Source of the DNA: an uncultured bacterium
GTDB lineage: Bacteria > Omnitrophota > Gorgyraeia > Duberdicusellales > CBEUCJ01
Direction: 5' to 3'
Length of the DNA stretch: 64,000 bases
Assembly (NCBI GenBank): GCA_965541615.1
Contig: CBEUCJ010000003.1
Span: forward strand, 32,186 to 96,185
Part shown: positions 46,464 to 56,749 of the stretch, piece after piece
How the letters are laid out: the number at the start of each line of letters is the position of its first letter
How positions within the stretch are numbered: position 1 is the first letter of the stretch
Notes under the pieces: generated by a model
What the model was told of the DNA's origin: nothing
What the model saw: the letters and a program-made list of their open reading frames with translations, nothing else
Databases searched by the model: none
Translations under genes and position numbers: made by a program

Positions 46464-48266
46464 CTATTTTTTACTTAACCAGCGCGTGATACGAGTTTTA
46501 TACTCTTCTAACGCCTGTGTATCTATTTTGATCTCTGTAGGTTTGGTGACTTTTGTCGTTTCTTTTTGAACAGCTATGTAAGGTTTTACTTCTGTTTCTA
46601 CAGGTTTTATCTCTACCTGCTCTTCACAGACTCTGGCTACCTCTTCAAAAGTAGTCAATCCTTTTAAAACTTTTTCTCTTCCATCTTCCCACAATAACCT
46701 CATACCTTTTTCCTGAGCTTTCTTTCTCAAAACCACAGTGGAAGCTCCTTGGTTAATTAGTTCTCTGATCTCATCATCCACTACCATCAATTCAAAAATA
46801 CCTGTTCTCCCTTTGTAACCTGTTCCTTTACATTCAGCACATCCTTTACCTCTATATACAGTTATGTTACCTCTATCTTCTAACTTCCATTTTTTAAGGA
46901 CTGCTTTTGAGGGTGTGTAAGGTTCTTTACATTTAGGACAGATTAATCTCACTAATCTCTGAGCCATTACCCCTATCAAAGAAGCTGCAACTAAAAATTG
47001 TTCTACTCCCATGTCCACTAATCTGGCTACAGCTGATGGTGCGTCATTAGTATGCAAAGTAGAAAAGACCAAGTGTCCAGTTAAAGCTGCCTGCACTGCC
47101 ATACGAGCAGTTTCTAAATCTCTTATTTCACCTACCATTATTACATCTGGGTCTTGACGCAGAATAGCTCTTAAACCTGTAGCAAAAGTTATACCTGCTT
47201 TGGGATTTACTTGAACTTGTCTAATTAAACCTAATCTGTATTCTACAGGATCTTCCAATGTAATTATATTTCTTTCAGGAGTATTTATTCTCATTAAAGC
47301 TGAATATAAAGTAGTGGTCTTTCCACTTCCTGTAGGACCTGTTGAAAGTATTATTCCGTATGGCTTTTTTATCAACTCTTCAAATCTCTTCAAATCCTCA
47401 TAAGTAGTAAACCCTAATCTTTCTAAACCTATCGTCACAGAAGCAGTATCTAACAGTCTTAAGACAACATTTTCTCCATGGATTGTAGGAAGGGTTGAGA
47501 CACGAAAATCTATTAATTTATCATCTACTATTGCCTGAAAATGTCCATCTTGGGGAATTCTGGATTCAGCTATATCCATACCTGCTAAAACTTTTATTCT
47601 GGAAATAATAGCTGCCTCCCACTCTTTTGGAGGAGAAGGAATCTCATGCAAAATTCCATCTATACGAAACCTGATCCTTGTAGTTTTCTCTTCTGGTTCA
47701 ATATGAATATCTGAAGCTCTATCTCTTACTGCCTGGGCTATAATTAAATCTACAATCCTTACAATAGATGTCGTCTCACTTAAAGGTTTTCCTTCCTCTT
47801 TTGCTACTTCTAATTCTGCAAACAGATTTTCTTTCTTTTTTTGATAAATTCTATTCAAAGCATCTTCAATTTCTTGTGCAGAAGAGAAATAAACTTCGAT
47901 TGGATAGTTAGTAAAAAGTTGTATCTGATCTATTAATGAAATATCTTGAGGATCTTGCATTGCTACATGTAAAATGCCATCCTTTATAAAAAGAGGAACT
48001 GACTTTGTAGACCGAGCTAATTCTTCTGGATATATTTTTAATAGATCTTCTTCTACTTCTAAATTATCTAAATTTTTGTATTCTACTCCTAACTTTTCAG
48101 CTACAGCTTTATAGAGAACTTCTTTTTTTAATAAATGCATATCTATAATTACTCTTTCTAAAGGGCGTTTTAATTTTTTTGTTTCATCTATTGCTTTTTC
48201 TAACTCCTCAGGTGTTAATAAATTTTTATTTAAAAGTAATTCTCTTAATTCTTCTTCACTAATCAT
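46464..48266 (-). CDS. GspE/PilB/MshE-family assembly ATPase (second copy; N-domain motifs degenerate)
   Basis: GPTGSGKTT. His box STLHTND. CPKC...CAEC. N-domain LRELLLNKNLLTPEELEKAIDET keeps the hydrophobic pattern but lacks the R/G/Q positions of the MshEN consensus. Confidence 0.9.
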   Translation of the reverse strand: MISEEELRELLLNKNLLTPEELEKAIDETKKLKRPLERVIIDMHLLKKEVLYKAVAEKLGVEYKNLDNLEVEEDLLKIYPEELARSTKSVPLFIKDGILHVAMQDPQDISLIDQIQLFTNYPIEVYFSSAQEIEDALNRIYQKKKENLFAELEVAKEEGKPLSETTSIVRIVDLIIAQAVRDRASDIHIEPEEKTTRIRFRIDGILHEIPSPPKEWEAAIISRIKVLAGMDIAESRIPQDGHFQAIVDDKLIDFRVSTLPTIHGENVVLRLLDTASVTIGLERLGFTTYEDLKRFEELIKKPYGIILSTGPTGSGKTTTLYSALMRINTPERNIITLEDPVEYRLGLIRQVQVNPKAGITFATGLRAILRQDPDVIMVGEIRDLETARMAVQAALTGHLVFSTLHTNDAPSAVARLVDMGVEQFLVAASLIGVMAQRLVRLICPKCKEPYTPSKAVLKKWKLEDRGNITVYRGKGCAECKGTGYKGRTGIFELMVVDDEIRELINQGASTVVLRKKAQEKGMRLLWEDGREKVLKGLTTFEEVARVCEEQVEIKPVETEVKPYIAVQKETTKVTKPTEIKIDTQALEEYKTRITRWLSKK

Positions 48267-48900
48267 TTCTCAACATTTTTTTAATCTCTTTTATCCATTC
48301 TTCAATCTCTTTCTTTTCTTTATGAGAAGCAAATTTCAAATACTTCTGATAATAATTAATAGCCCTCCTCTTATCATTAAGATAACTCTCATAGAGTACT
48401 CCTAAATTATAATATGCATCTTTATCAGAAGGATTTAATTGAATAACTTTTTCAAAGGAATGAGCTGCCTGAATGTAATTTGACTTTTTTAGATAAATTA
48501 CTCCTAAATTATAATAAATATCTGGATTTTGAGGATACTTTTTTAAAATCTTTTTGTAAATGCTTAATGCCTTATCATACTCTTCTTTCTGAAAAGCATG
48601 TTCTGCTTCTTCTAAAATATTCTTATCTTTTTTCTCTTCCTTTTTTTTCTCTATAAAAATTTTAGGACTTTCTTTTCCTATCTTTTGCTCAGCAGAAAAA
48701 GATGTTAATCTGTCTAAAATTTCTTCTGCTTTTTTAAAAAACTCTTCTGCAGACTTATAATCTCCTTTTAACATTAGTTCCTTACCTTTTAAATAGTAGA
48801 TTTGGGCATTATTTATCTGCTCATCACAAAAACTTATGTAAATGGGAAAGAATAAAAATAGTAAACAGATTTTAAAGAGTAATTTACTTTGTTTTTTCAT
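48259..48900 (-). CDS. Secreted TPR protein (MshN-like position)
   Basis: Signal peptide. 4-5 TPR units (YYNLGVIY..., YYNLGVLY...). Confidence 0.55.
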   Translation of the reverse strand: MKKQSKLLFKICLLFLFFPIYISFCDEQINNAQIYYLKGKELMLKGDYKSAEEFFKKAEEILDRLTSFSAEQKIGKESPKIFIEKKKEEKKDKNILEEAEHAFQKEEYDKALSIYKKILKKYPQNPDIYYNLGVIYLKKSNYIQAAHSFEKVIQLNPSDKDAYYNLGVLYESYLNDKRRAINYYQKYLKFASHKEKKEIEEWIKEIKKMLRND

Positions 48901-50458
48901 CTAAAACAACCTCTTCTTTTTTTTGCAAATTTATTGACTCAATCTTAACATCTACTTTTTTTTGAGGAATCTTTTTTAAATACTCTGTCAATTTAGATTG
49001 AGAGTTAGTAATCCTTTCTATTTCATCCCTTAAATTTCTTAACAATTCTTCTCTTTCAGCTAATCTTTTAGATAACTTAGCGTTCGCTAATTTAACTTTT
49101 ACTATATTCTCTCTAAGAAGAGCCAACTCTTTTATTCGATCGTTTAACTCTGTCTTTAAATTTTTGAGTTCAGTTTCTTTTTTTTCTAAATCTTCTTGTA
49201 AAGTTAAAATCTTATCTGCACGTTTAGCTAACTCTAAATGAATATTTTCTATTCTTTCTTGAGCTAAATGGTACTTTTCTTCTAACATTTTATATTTTTC
49301 AGAAAGTTGTAAAATTTCTTCTTTTAAAGACTTTATTTGAAATTCTTTATTTTTCAACTTTATCTTTAACATACCTGAAATTTTTTTAAACTTAGTCTTT
49401 TGTTGAGATAAAATACTATTATCTTCTTTTAACTCCTTTACTAGTTGTGTTAAATCTTCTTTTTCTTTCTTTAAATTTTCTAAATCTTTATAAAGAGAAG
49501 ATATCTTCTCATCTAATAATTTTAACTGCTCATCTTTTTTTGAAAGCTCTTCTTCCAACTTCTCTTTAGTTGCACTTAAACTTTTTTGAGTTTCAAGTAA
49601 AGAAGATATTTTTTCTTCTAACTCTAATTTTTCTTTCTTTGCTCTATCTAATTTTTTTAATAGTTCTTCTTTTTCTTTCAAAACTAAAGACAATTTTTGA
49701 ATATGTTCTTCTAACTGTTTTTCTAAATTTTTCTTAGTTAAAAGCACTTTTTCTTTTTCTCTTCCTAAAACTTCAACTTTATCTTTTAAATCTTTAACTT
49801 TCTTTTCAAGCTTATCAACGCAATAAGTTAACTCTTTATTTTTAGAAGAAAGAGATTTCACTTTTTTAGAGTATTCAGAAAGTGTTCTTTTTTGTTTTTC
49901 ATAAGAAGCTTTTAATCTTTCTAATTCTCTTATTTTTTTCTTCAAATTCTTTATCTCATACTTTAACTTTTTACTCTCTTTTTTCTTCTCTTCATATTTA
50001 TTGCGGTAAAGAGCATCTTTTTTCATCAATTTAGATAAGTTAAAATCTAAAGAACTTAATTCTTTGTATATAGAATTCAAAAGAGAATTTATCTTTCTTT
50101 TATCTGATAAAGCAAAATCTCTTTTATCTATTAAAAAAGCTATCTCTTTTAATCTATCTTCTATTTGAATAAGAAACTGATTTATTTGAGGAGACCGGGG
50201 TCCAAACTGTCTTTTTAACTTCTTTTTTTTAAGTTCTTCTATCTTCTTTTTTAATTCTGTATTTTCAGCCTTTAGTTTTTTAAAGCTTGCTAAAAATTTA
50301 TTAAAAACTCTTTCTTTAATTTCAGAAGAAAGTCTATATTCTTGTAAAGATAAATTGAGGATTTTTTGTTGATAAAGAAGAACTATTAAAAAGAAACTTA
50401 AAAATAAAATCATAACTATTGCCCTCATTCCTTTACTTTCTAAAAAACCTTTCATCAT
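48884..50458 (-). CDS. Membrane-anchored 524-aa coiled-coil protein (K/E-rich)
   Basis: N-terminal TM IVMILFLSFFLIVLLY, then an almost continuous heptad-like K/E/L repeat (SMC-like). Confidence 0.5.
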   Translation of the reverse strand: MMKGFLESKGMRAIVMILFLSFFLIVLLYQQKILNLSLQEYRLSSEIKERVFNKFLASFKKLKAENTELKKKIEELKKKKLKRQFGPRSPQINQFLIQIEDRLKEIAFLIDKRDFALSDKRKINSLLNSIYKELSSLDFNLSKLMKKDALYRNKYEEKKKESKKLKYEIKNLKKKIRELERLKASYEKQKRTLSEYSKKVKSLSSKNKELTYCVDKLEKKVKDLKDKVEVLGREKEKVLLTKKNLEKQLEEHIQKLSLVLKEKEELLKKLDRAKKEKLELEEKISSLLETQKSLSATKEKLEEELSKKDEQLKLLDEKISSLYKDLENLKKEKEDLTQLVKELKEDNSILSQQKTKFKKISGMLKIKLKNKEFQIKSLKEEILQLSEKYKMLEEKYHLAQERIENIHLELAKRADKILTLQEDLEKKETELKNLKTELNDRIKELALLRENIVKVKLANAKLSKRLAEREELLRNLRDEIERITNSQSKLTEYLKKIPQKKVDVKIESINLQKKEEVVLDEKTK

Positions 50459-50507
50459 AATTATTTTATCTTAATCTTTTTTTAAATTCAATTTTCACAA
50501 AAGCTAT

Positions 50508-51962
50508 TTATTCTAATTTAATCTCTCTCAAATTGAGTTTAAACTTTCTGGGAGGGTAAGTTATAATGTTGCTTTGATAAGCTAAAAGCCTTCCTTCTTT
50601 TTCTTGATTTATTACTCTCGCTGTAACAAAAATTAACAATTCAGATTTCTCATTAGGATCTACACTCTTATGGGTAAAGAAAAATCCCAATAAAGGTAAG
50701 TCTCCTAAAATAGGAACTTTATGAACGGATTTAGTCTTCTTTGTTTCTATTAATCCTCCAATAACAATCGTTTGACCATCTTTTATTACAACTTCTGTTT
50801 CAGCATAGCGTTCACTCATAACAGGATAATCAAAGCCTAACGCTCCAAAAGTTACTTTATCTACATAATTTGTAACTTTGGGTTTTAACTTTAGTTTTAT
50901 ATAATAATCATCGCCTATCTTGCTTATCTGTGGAGTTACAGTTAAACTCACTCCTTCTATTTTCTCCTCGAAACCAATGATTTGATATTGTCCTGTTTCA
51001 GAATTATATTCAAATTGAGGGATTGGTCTTGTTTTGCCTATATAAATTTCTGCTTCTTTATTGTTCATCGTTACTACTCGAGGAGATGAGATTAGTTTAG
51101 AATCTGTTTTAGCCATAAGAAAATTTAGCACACTTCTAAATTCATTGAAACTTAACGTTCCAAACAAAAACTTTCCTCTAACAATTTCATCAACGCTACT
51201 TGTAGTTACTCTTTCCGTATCATCCCCTTTTACATAAGGAAAACTGTAAGGATATCCTGAAGGAAACGCATCTCCTGTAGCTGGAGGAAATATATTCTTC
51301 ATCCACTTTTTTTCTCCCTTAGGTTCAAAGGGTAAAGTCGTTGGTCTAGCTGCTCCACTAACACTCATGGTTACATTCCAATCGATTCCTAATTTCTCTA
51401 TTGTTCCTAAAGAAGTTTCAATGAATCTTGCTTCAATTAAAACTTGAGGGGTAAGGTTATCTAATTTAGGAATTATCTTTCCTATTTTCTCAAGTACTTG
51501 TGGCACATCTGTAACGATTAGCGAATTTGAACGAACATCTGCTTCAATTGAACCTTGAGAAGAAAGCATCTTTTTCAAAACTTCTTTCAATTTAGAAGCA
51601 TCTGCATTATTTAATTTAAACACTCTTGTATAACTTCCTTCTTTTTCAGCCTCTTCAGGGGTAGTAATTTTGTAAATGTTGCCTTTTTTTGTATAAACAT
51701 AACCATTAGTAGTCACTATTGCATCTAAAGCTTGTTCAACAGTCACATTTTGAAGCTGAACAGTAACGAGTCCTTTTACAGATTGAGAAAAGATAATATT
51801 TAAATTGTATTGCTTGGCTATCTGTCTTAAAACATCTTTAATATCTACTTCTCTAAACTCCAAATACTTTATAATTTGAGATGGTTCTTCAGAATACAAA
51901 AAATTAAAACACCAAAATAATAAGATAAAAAGTATACACTTTTTTCCAATTAATTTTTTCAC
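50508..51962 (-). CDS. Secretin (second copy, MshL/PilQ-like)
   Basis: STN-like FREVDIKDVLRQIAKQYNLNIIF. C-terminal ...LLIFVTARVI. Signal peptide. Confidence 0.85.
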   Translation of the reverse strand: MKKLIGKKCILFILLFWCFNFLYSEEPSQIIKYLEFREVDIKDVLRQIAKQYNLNIIFSQSVKGLVTVQLQNVTVEQALDAIVTTNGYVYTKKGNIYKITTPEEAEKEGSYTRVFKLNNADASKLKEVLKKMLSSQGSIEADVRSNSLIVTDVPQVLEKIGKIIPKLDNLTPQVLIEARFIETSLGTIEKLGIDWNVTMSVSGAARPTTLPFEPKGEKKWMKNIFPPATGDAFPSGYPYSFPYVKGDDTERVTTSSVDEIVRGKFLFGTLSFNEFRSVLNFLMAKTDSKLISSPRVVTMNNKEAEIYIGKTRPIPQFEYNSETGQYQIIGFEEKIEGVSLTVTPQISKIGDDYYIKLKLKPKVTNYVDKVTFGALGFDYPVMSERYAETEVVIKDGQTIVIGGLIETKKTKSVHKVPILGDLPLLGFFFTHKSVDPNEKSELLIFVTARVINQEKEGRLLAYQSNIITYPPRKFKLNLREIKLE

Positions 51963-51997
51963 ATTACTTATTATACTAAAAATCTGTTTTTTTAAAA

Positions 51998-52471
51998 CTA
52001 TTTTAACTCCTCTTCTGGTAAGACCAAATAAAACTTTTCACTTCCCTTTTCTAAAAGTACTTTCTTTTTTGTTATCTCTATTACTCTAAATCCTTCTATG
52101 ACATCACCTACAGTAACTATTGAATCATTAATAAAAGCATATCCTTTTTTATCTTTTCCTATAGAGATTCCTTTCAAGACTAAATTTACAGCTCTATGGA
52201 TTTCTCTATCAGAGACAGGATAAAAAGGATCTCTTCCCCAATCTAACTCTGCTCTTTTTTTCTGAAGAGAAAGCATTTTTGAAGAAATCTCTCTTTCAGA
52301 AATCGATCTTCTTTTTATAGACAAAGAAATTTTAGGTCTTACTTTAACTGCTGCAGGTTTGGGAGGGATAGTTTTCCTTCTCCTTTTGGGTTTTAAATTA
52401 TTTATTAATAAAACTACAAAGACTACAACCAAAATAGCTGTAATTATATATTCAGCAGTCTTTTTATTCAT
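51998..52471 (-). CDS. PilP/MshK-like protein
   Basis: N-terminal TM, basic linker, C-terminal GISIGKDKKGYAFINDSIVTVGDVIEGFRVIEI beta-domain. Confidence 0.45.
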   Translation of the reverse strand: MNKKTAEYIITAILVVVFVVLLINNLKPKRRRKTIPPKPAAVKVRPKISLSIKRRSISEREISSKMLSLQKKRAELDWGRDPFYPVSDREIHRAVNLVLKGISIGKDKKGYAFINDSIVTVGDVIEGFRVIEITKKKVLLEKGSEKFYLVLPEEELK

Positions 52472-53092
52472 TTATATCTTCCATACTTTATAACTACTAA
52501 TCAGTAAAGTAGCTATTATCTTGTTTTCTGGAGTCTGTTTACTCTTAGATCTTTTTGTTTTTCTCTCTCCTGTAGAGAATTCTTCTACTTCAGGCTTTTC
52601 TATAGAAAGAGTCTCTATCGTTAAAAGGATTGGTAATTCTTCTAAAGCTTTAAGATATTCTCCTAAAACTTTATAAGGAGCTTTAAGTACTACTTCTATA
52701 TAAAATTTACTTACACCTTGAGGTAATTCTTTTTCTTCAAAAGGAACTTCTGAAACAGGTTTTATAGAAATAATCTCTATGTTAAGTTCACTACTTTTTT
52801 TTGTTAGTTCTCTGATTATCTTGGGGAGTTCCCTGTCAGAAGCTGATTTACTTTTAAAATCCTTCATTTTTTTGTGAAGCTCTTCTATCTTTTTCTTAGG
52901 GTTGGGGACTTCTTTTACCAAGGATTCCATTTGTTCCAACTCTTTTTGAAGTTTTCCTAATTCTTCCTTTTCTTTATTCAACTTTTTAATAGCTGGTCTT
53001 CCTAAGAAAAGATGTGCAAGAATAAGTATAAAAAGGTAGATACAAATATCTATAAATACTCTTACTATTCTGTTTTCTATCCTTCTTATCAT
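52472..53092 (-). CDS. PilO/MshJ-like protein
   Basis: N-terminal TM, then coiled-coil (EKEELGKLQKELEQMESL), then a small domain. Confidence 0.4.
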   Translation of the reverse strand: MIRRIENRIVRVFIDICIYLFILILAHLFLGRPAIKKLNKEKEELGKLQKELEQMESLVKEVPNPKKKIEELHKKMKDFKSKSASDRELPKIIRELTKKSSELNIEIISIKPVSEVPFEEKELPQGVSKFYIEVVLKAPYKVLGEYLKALEELPILLTIETLSIEKPEVEEFSTGERKTKRSKSKQTPENKIIATLLISSYKVWKI

Positions 53093-53093
53093 T

Positions 53094-54851
53094 TCAATAC
53101 ACTATTTCACAGATTATTTCAAAATTTGCTTTAGGAATAGGAGAATACATATCTCTTTCACTCGAGATAAGACGCACATTTGTAAAAAAAGGAGATTCAT
53201 CAAGATTTAAAGTATACTGAGAGATAGCTAAATCCAAATTAGTATATTGAGTGGCGACTTCTCCAATTATAGTTAACTCTTTTAAACCTTTACGAGAGAC
53301 TATCTCTAATCTATGCAGAGTTATCTCTTTAGGAGTAATATTACTCAATTCTTTTAGAATTGCCCACCATAGAGGTTGTCTTCCAACAGCTCTTTTTAAT
53401 AAACTCTCTCTTTCTGCAAGAGTTTTTTTAAGTAAAAGATATTCTTTTATTTCTTTTACTAAAGGTGTCAAAGACCTTATTTGATTTTCCATTCTTTTAG
53501 CTACACCTTTATAAAGTAAAGCTCTACCATAAGAAAATGCATAAAATCCTAAAAGGATAGTAAAGATTAAAGGAAATGTTATCCTTGCTAAAAACATTAA
53601 AAATAAAGCTTTCTGTTCTAATTTTTCTTTAGGAGGAACCAGATTCAATCTACCGCCTTTATCTATACAAACTCCAAAAACAGAGGCTAAGTGAGGAGCT
53701 GCTTCTTCCATTATAAGTTCTTGTCTAAATACACCTACATCAAACCATCCTTTAGCTATTTTTAAAGGATTCAATTTTTCTATTTTCTTTATGGGTAGGT
53801 TACTTAAATTAGCAGAAAAAAATTCTTTTATATTTTTCATGCGAGAACCTCCACCTGTGAGATAAAAAACATCTAAGCTTTCGACTTTGTAGGTTCTAAA
53901 ATAAAAAGCCATAGTACGTGAAACTTCAGTAATCATCCTTTCTAATAAAGGCCTTAAAACACCTGCTATCTGACTTCCTTTTATTACTCCAAAATCTGTA
54001 TAGAAATCTGTCCCTGCTTCTTCCAAAGGAATCCCACATTCTCTTTTAAAGACCTCTGCATCTTCAATAGTAACATCTTTATTTAAATCTGATAAAACTC
54101 TCATTATCGCATGAGTAAATTGATCAGCTCCAATAGGTATCTGATGATTAAATTGCAAAAGTCTGCCTTTATAAAAATTCAGAGAACTTTCTTTAGCTCC
54201 TATATCTAAAACTGCTATGTATTGAGTTTCTTTTTCAAAACTACCTACCAGATTTCCCAAAGCATCAGGAATAACGTTTATTACTACTGGCCTTAAATTA
54301 AATTTTTTTAAAAAATTTAAATATTCTTCCAAAACAAGATTATCTACTGCAATACAGGTAACCTGAGCAAAATTTCCTTTTTCAGTTTCAAACTTGTGCG
54401 TTATAAAATAGTCAAAAGTTATATTTTTAAAATTTACTTGAAAAGGTAACCTTTTTTTAAGCTCTATACTTACAGCTCCTCTCAAGTCCTTTTCTGAGAC
54501 AAAAGGTAAAATAAATGAAAAGATAAAAATTCCCCTTCCTTGAACAACTAACCTTCCTAGATGAGATTTTATTCTTGTCTGAAAAAGGAATTCTTTAATA
54601 AATCTTTCTATAAATTCTCTTCTTTTATTAAAATCATCTTTTATATTAAAAGGAATGCCTCTTACTCTATAATCACTTATTAAATATCCTTTTTGAACTT
54701 TTTGAAATTGAGCTATCTTTACATAACTATATCCAATATCTATTCCTACAGATGTACGTGTAGATAAGAAGAAATTTTTAAATGAGACTAATAATTGCTT
54801 TAAGTTAACTCTTGTCTTTGCCTCTAAAGAAGGTTTTGAAGAAGGTTTCAT
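53094..54851 (-). CDS. PilM-PilN fusion (MshI-like), 585 aa
   Basis: VGIDIGYSYVKIAQF actin-like start. Internal TM ALFLMFLARITFPLIFTILLGFYAF, then a PilN-like tail. Confidence 0.6.
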   Translation of the reverse strand: MKPSSKPSLEAKTRVNLKQLLVSFKNFFLSTRTSVGIDIGYSYVKIAQFQKVQKGYLISDYRVRGIPFNIKDDFNKRREFIERFIKEFLFQTRIKSHLGRLVVQGRGIFIFSFILPFVSEKDLRGAVSIELKKRLPFQVNFKNITFDYFITHKFETEKGNFAQVTCIAVDNLVLEEYLNFLKKFNLRPVVINVIPDALGNLVGSFEKETQYIAVLDIGAKESSLNFYKGRLLQFNHQIPIGADQFTHAIMRVLSDLNKDVTIEDAEVFKRECGIPLEEAGTDFYTDFGVIKGSQIAGVLRPLLERMITEVSRTMAFYFRTYKVESLDVFYLTGGGSRMKNIKEFFSANLSNLPIKKIEKLNPLKIAKGWFDVGVFRQELIMEEAAPHLASVFGVCIDKGGRLNLVPPKEKLEQKALFLMFLARITFPLIFTILLGFYAFSYGRALLYKGVAKRMENQIRSLTPLVKEIKEYLLLKKTLAERESLLKRAVGRQPLWWAILKELSNITPKEITLHRLEIVSRKGLKELTIIGEVATQYTNLDLAISQYTLNLDESPFFTNVRLISSERDMYSPIPKANFEIICEIVY

Positions 54852-54861
54852 CTAAATTAAT

Positions 54862-55209
54862 TCAATATTCTTCTATTTCTTTTAAATATTGTAATATAAA
54901 TAATAATATTTTTAACTCTTTTTCAACATCTAAATCCCTGAATTCTACCCCTGTAAAATAACCTGTGTTATCTGCTTTCTTTTGCCAAATGACCCTTCCT
55001 ACACATTCTATTTGAGTCTTCTCTTTATCTGGCAAATAAAATTTTAAAAGTAACAAAGTGCCTACTTTTAATTCATCTTTAGTTAAAAAGCACAATCCAT
55101 TTCTACTTATATTTTTAGTTCTACTTTTGAATACAGAATTTAAAGGAAGAATTTGATATTCTACTTCAGTACAAATATCTACTCTTAAAAACTTTCTATG
55201 GTCTTGCAT
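54862..55209 (-). CDS. PilZ domain protein
   Basis: RKFLRVDI. NISRNGLCF. GVEF. Confidence 0.65.
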   Translation of the reverse strand: MQDHRKFLRVDICTEVEYQILPLNSVFKSRTKNISRNGLCFLTKDELKVGTLLLLKFYLPDKEKTQIECVGRVIWQKKADNTGYFTGVEFRDLDVEKELKILLFILQYLKEIEEY

Positions 55210-55291
55210 TCTAAAAGTATTATATTATACTACCTTAACATTGTAAATTTAATTAATATCCGGAGAGGAAATTAGAAGAACTTACAAAGTG

Positions 55292-56233
55292 TTATTTTTT
55301 CCGTTCTTTATATTCCTCCCATTCAAGGGGAACTACTTCTTTTATTTTCTCTTCATTCTCAATAATTCTTTTACAAATTAAGTCTTTGATTACCTTTTCA
55401 GAATAAAAAATATCTGCCAATTTCATTCTAATATAGACTATTTTGCTCTCAAAAAGTAAAGCTCCAAAAATTTGAACTCTATGAATTGTAGGTTTAGGAG
55501 GCTCGGATGGAGGAATTGGTTTTTTAAATTTTTTAATTTTCTCAAACTCTTTTTTAACTTTAAGTGGTTGGATAGGAACTAATGATTTTTTCCCTCTCAA
55601 ATCTATTCTTATATACTTCACATCTGAAATTATAATCCCATACCATTTAGCATTATCTTCCATTAGGAGTCTTTGAGAACCTACTTTTTTAGTCTTAGTA
55701 GGTTCACCTGTTAATATCAAAACTCCATACCCTTTAAAGTCACCTTTTAAAGTTAACTTTGCCTTATCTACTACTACTATCTTTGGATCATCAAAACTCC
55801 CAATACTACCACCATTATAGGTAGTGTCTTTTGTAATCGTAATATCTGCATATTTTTGTAAGACTTCTAATACATCTCTTTTAAGAGAAATGTAAGGAGA
55901 CTTTTGCTTTGGAGGGTTACCTTCTACTTTTACTCTGCGAATTCTAATCTTTGCTTCATTAAAGACTACTCCTGCTGTACCTTTACCAATTACTTTTCCC
56001 TCTAAATCATGGTTCTTTCCACTGATTACACTTAAAGGAAGGTCTAATCCTTTAACTTTTAAGTAACCTATTTTTACATCCTCAGGTAACATATAGGTTA
56101 AAGCTCCTATCTCTTCTTTTAGGATTTTGCTAGATTTTGGCTCACCTCTCATAGAGACTATCTTTTCTTGGGCATTTAAGACGATAGGAAAAAATAAAAC
56201 GATTATTATAATTCCTATTATTATTTTTCTCAT
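55292..56233 (-). CDS. Secreted hypothetical protein (313 aa)
   Basis: Signal peptide MRKIIIGIIIIVLFFPIVLNA. No recognisable motif. Confidence 0.4.
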   Translation of the reverse strand: MRKIIIGIIIIVLFFPIVLNAQEKIVSMRGEPKSSKILKEEIGALTYMLPEDVKIGYLKVKGLDLPLSVISGKNHDLEGKVIGKGTAGVVFNEAKIRIRRVKVEGNPPKQKSPYISLKRDVLEVLQKYADITITKDTTYNGGSIGSFDDPKIVVVDKAKLTLKGDFKGYGVLILTGEPTKTKKVGSQRLLMEDNAKWYGIIISDVKYIRIDLRGKKSLVPIQPLKVKKEFEKIKKFKKPIPPSEPPKPTIHRVQIFGALLFESKIVYIRMKLADIFYSEKVIKDLICKRIIENEEKIKEVVPLEWEEYKERKK

Positions 56234-56296
56234 AATTCACCTCCTTATTTAAGCTCCCATTTACAACTATAACATATATTTTCAAAGAAAACAAGA

Positions 56297-56749
56297 TTAG
56301 TCTTGAGTAAGTTTTATCATTTCCTCTAAATAAGCTTCTACTTTAAGAGTAGGGTTGTTTTTTGTTCCAGAGACGTAAATTCTGTAATATGCTCTTTTCC
56401 CGCCAGGAGGGATCGTAATATTTTCTTCTAAATAACATTTATCACAGTTGGGGTCTGTATAACTACAACTGCAACCAGCAGGACATGTGCATTTATCACA
56501 TACAGGTGCACAATATAAAGGACAATTTGCCCAAGGCCTCCAAGGATGAGAACTACCTTCTTTATCTCTCATTAATTCTTTTCCTCTCTCTATTCCTGAA
56601 TCACTTATAAATTCTACTAAACTTTTATAATAATATAAAGGTGAAGTCTCAAGATAAATTGAGTTAAGGTTTGTAAGATAAACACCTATCAATGCTAAGA
56701 TTAATATTATTAAGATTACAATTATAAGAGTTATTCCCTTCTTATTCAT
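56297..56749 (-). CDS. PilX/GspK-like minor pseudopilin with cysteine-rich insert
   Basis: MNKKGITLIIVILIILILALIGVYL. CPLYCAPVCDKCTCPAGCSCSYTDPNCDKCY (10 Cys). Confidence 0.5.
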   Translation of the reverse strand: MNKKGITLIIVILIILILALIGVYLTNLNSIYLETSPLYYYKSLVEFISDSGIERGKELMRDKEGSSHPWRPWANCPLYCAPVCDKCTCPAGCSCSYTDPNCDKCYLEENITIPPGGKRAYYRIYVSGTKNNPTLKVEAYLEEMIKLTQD

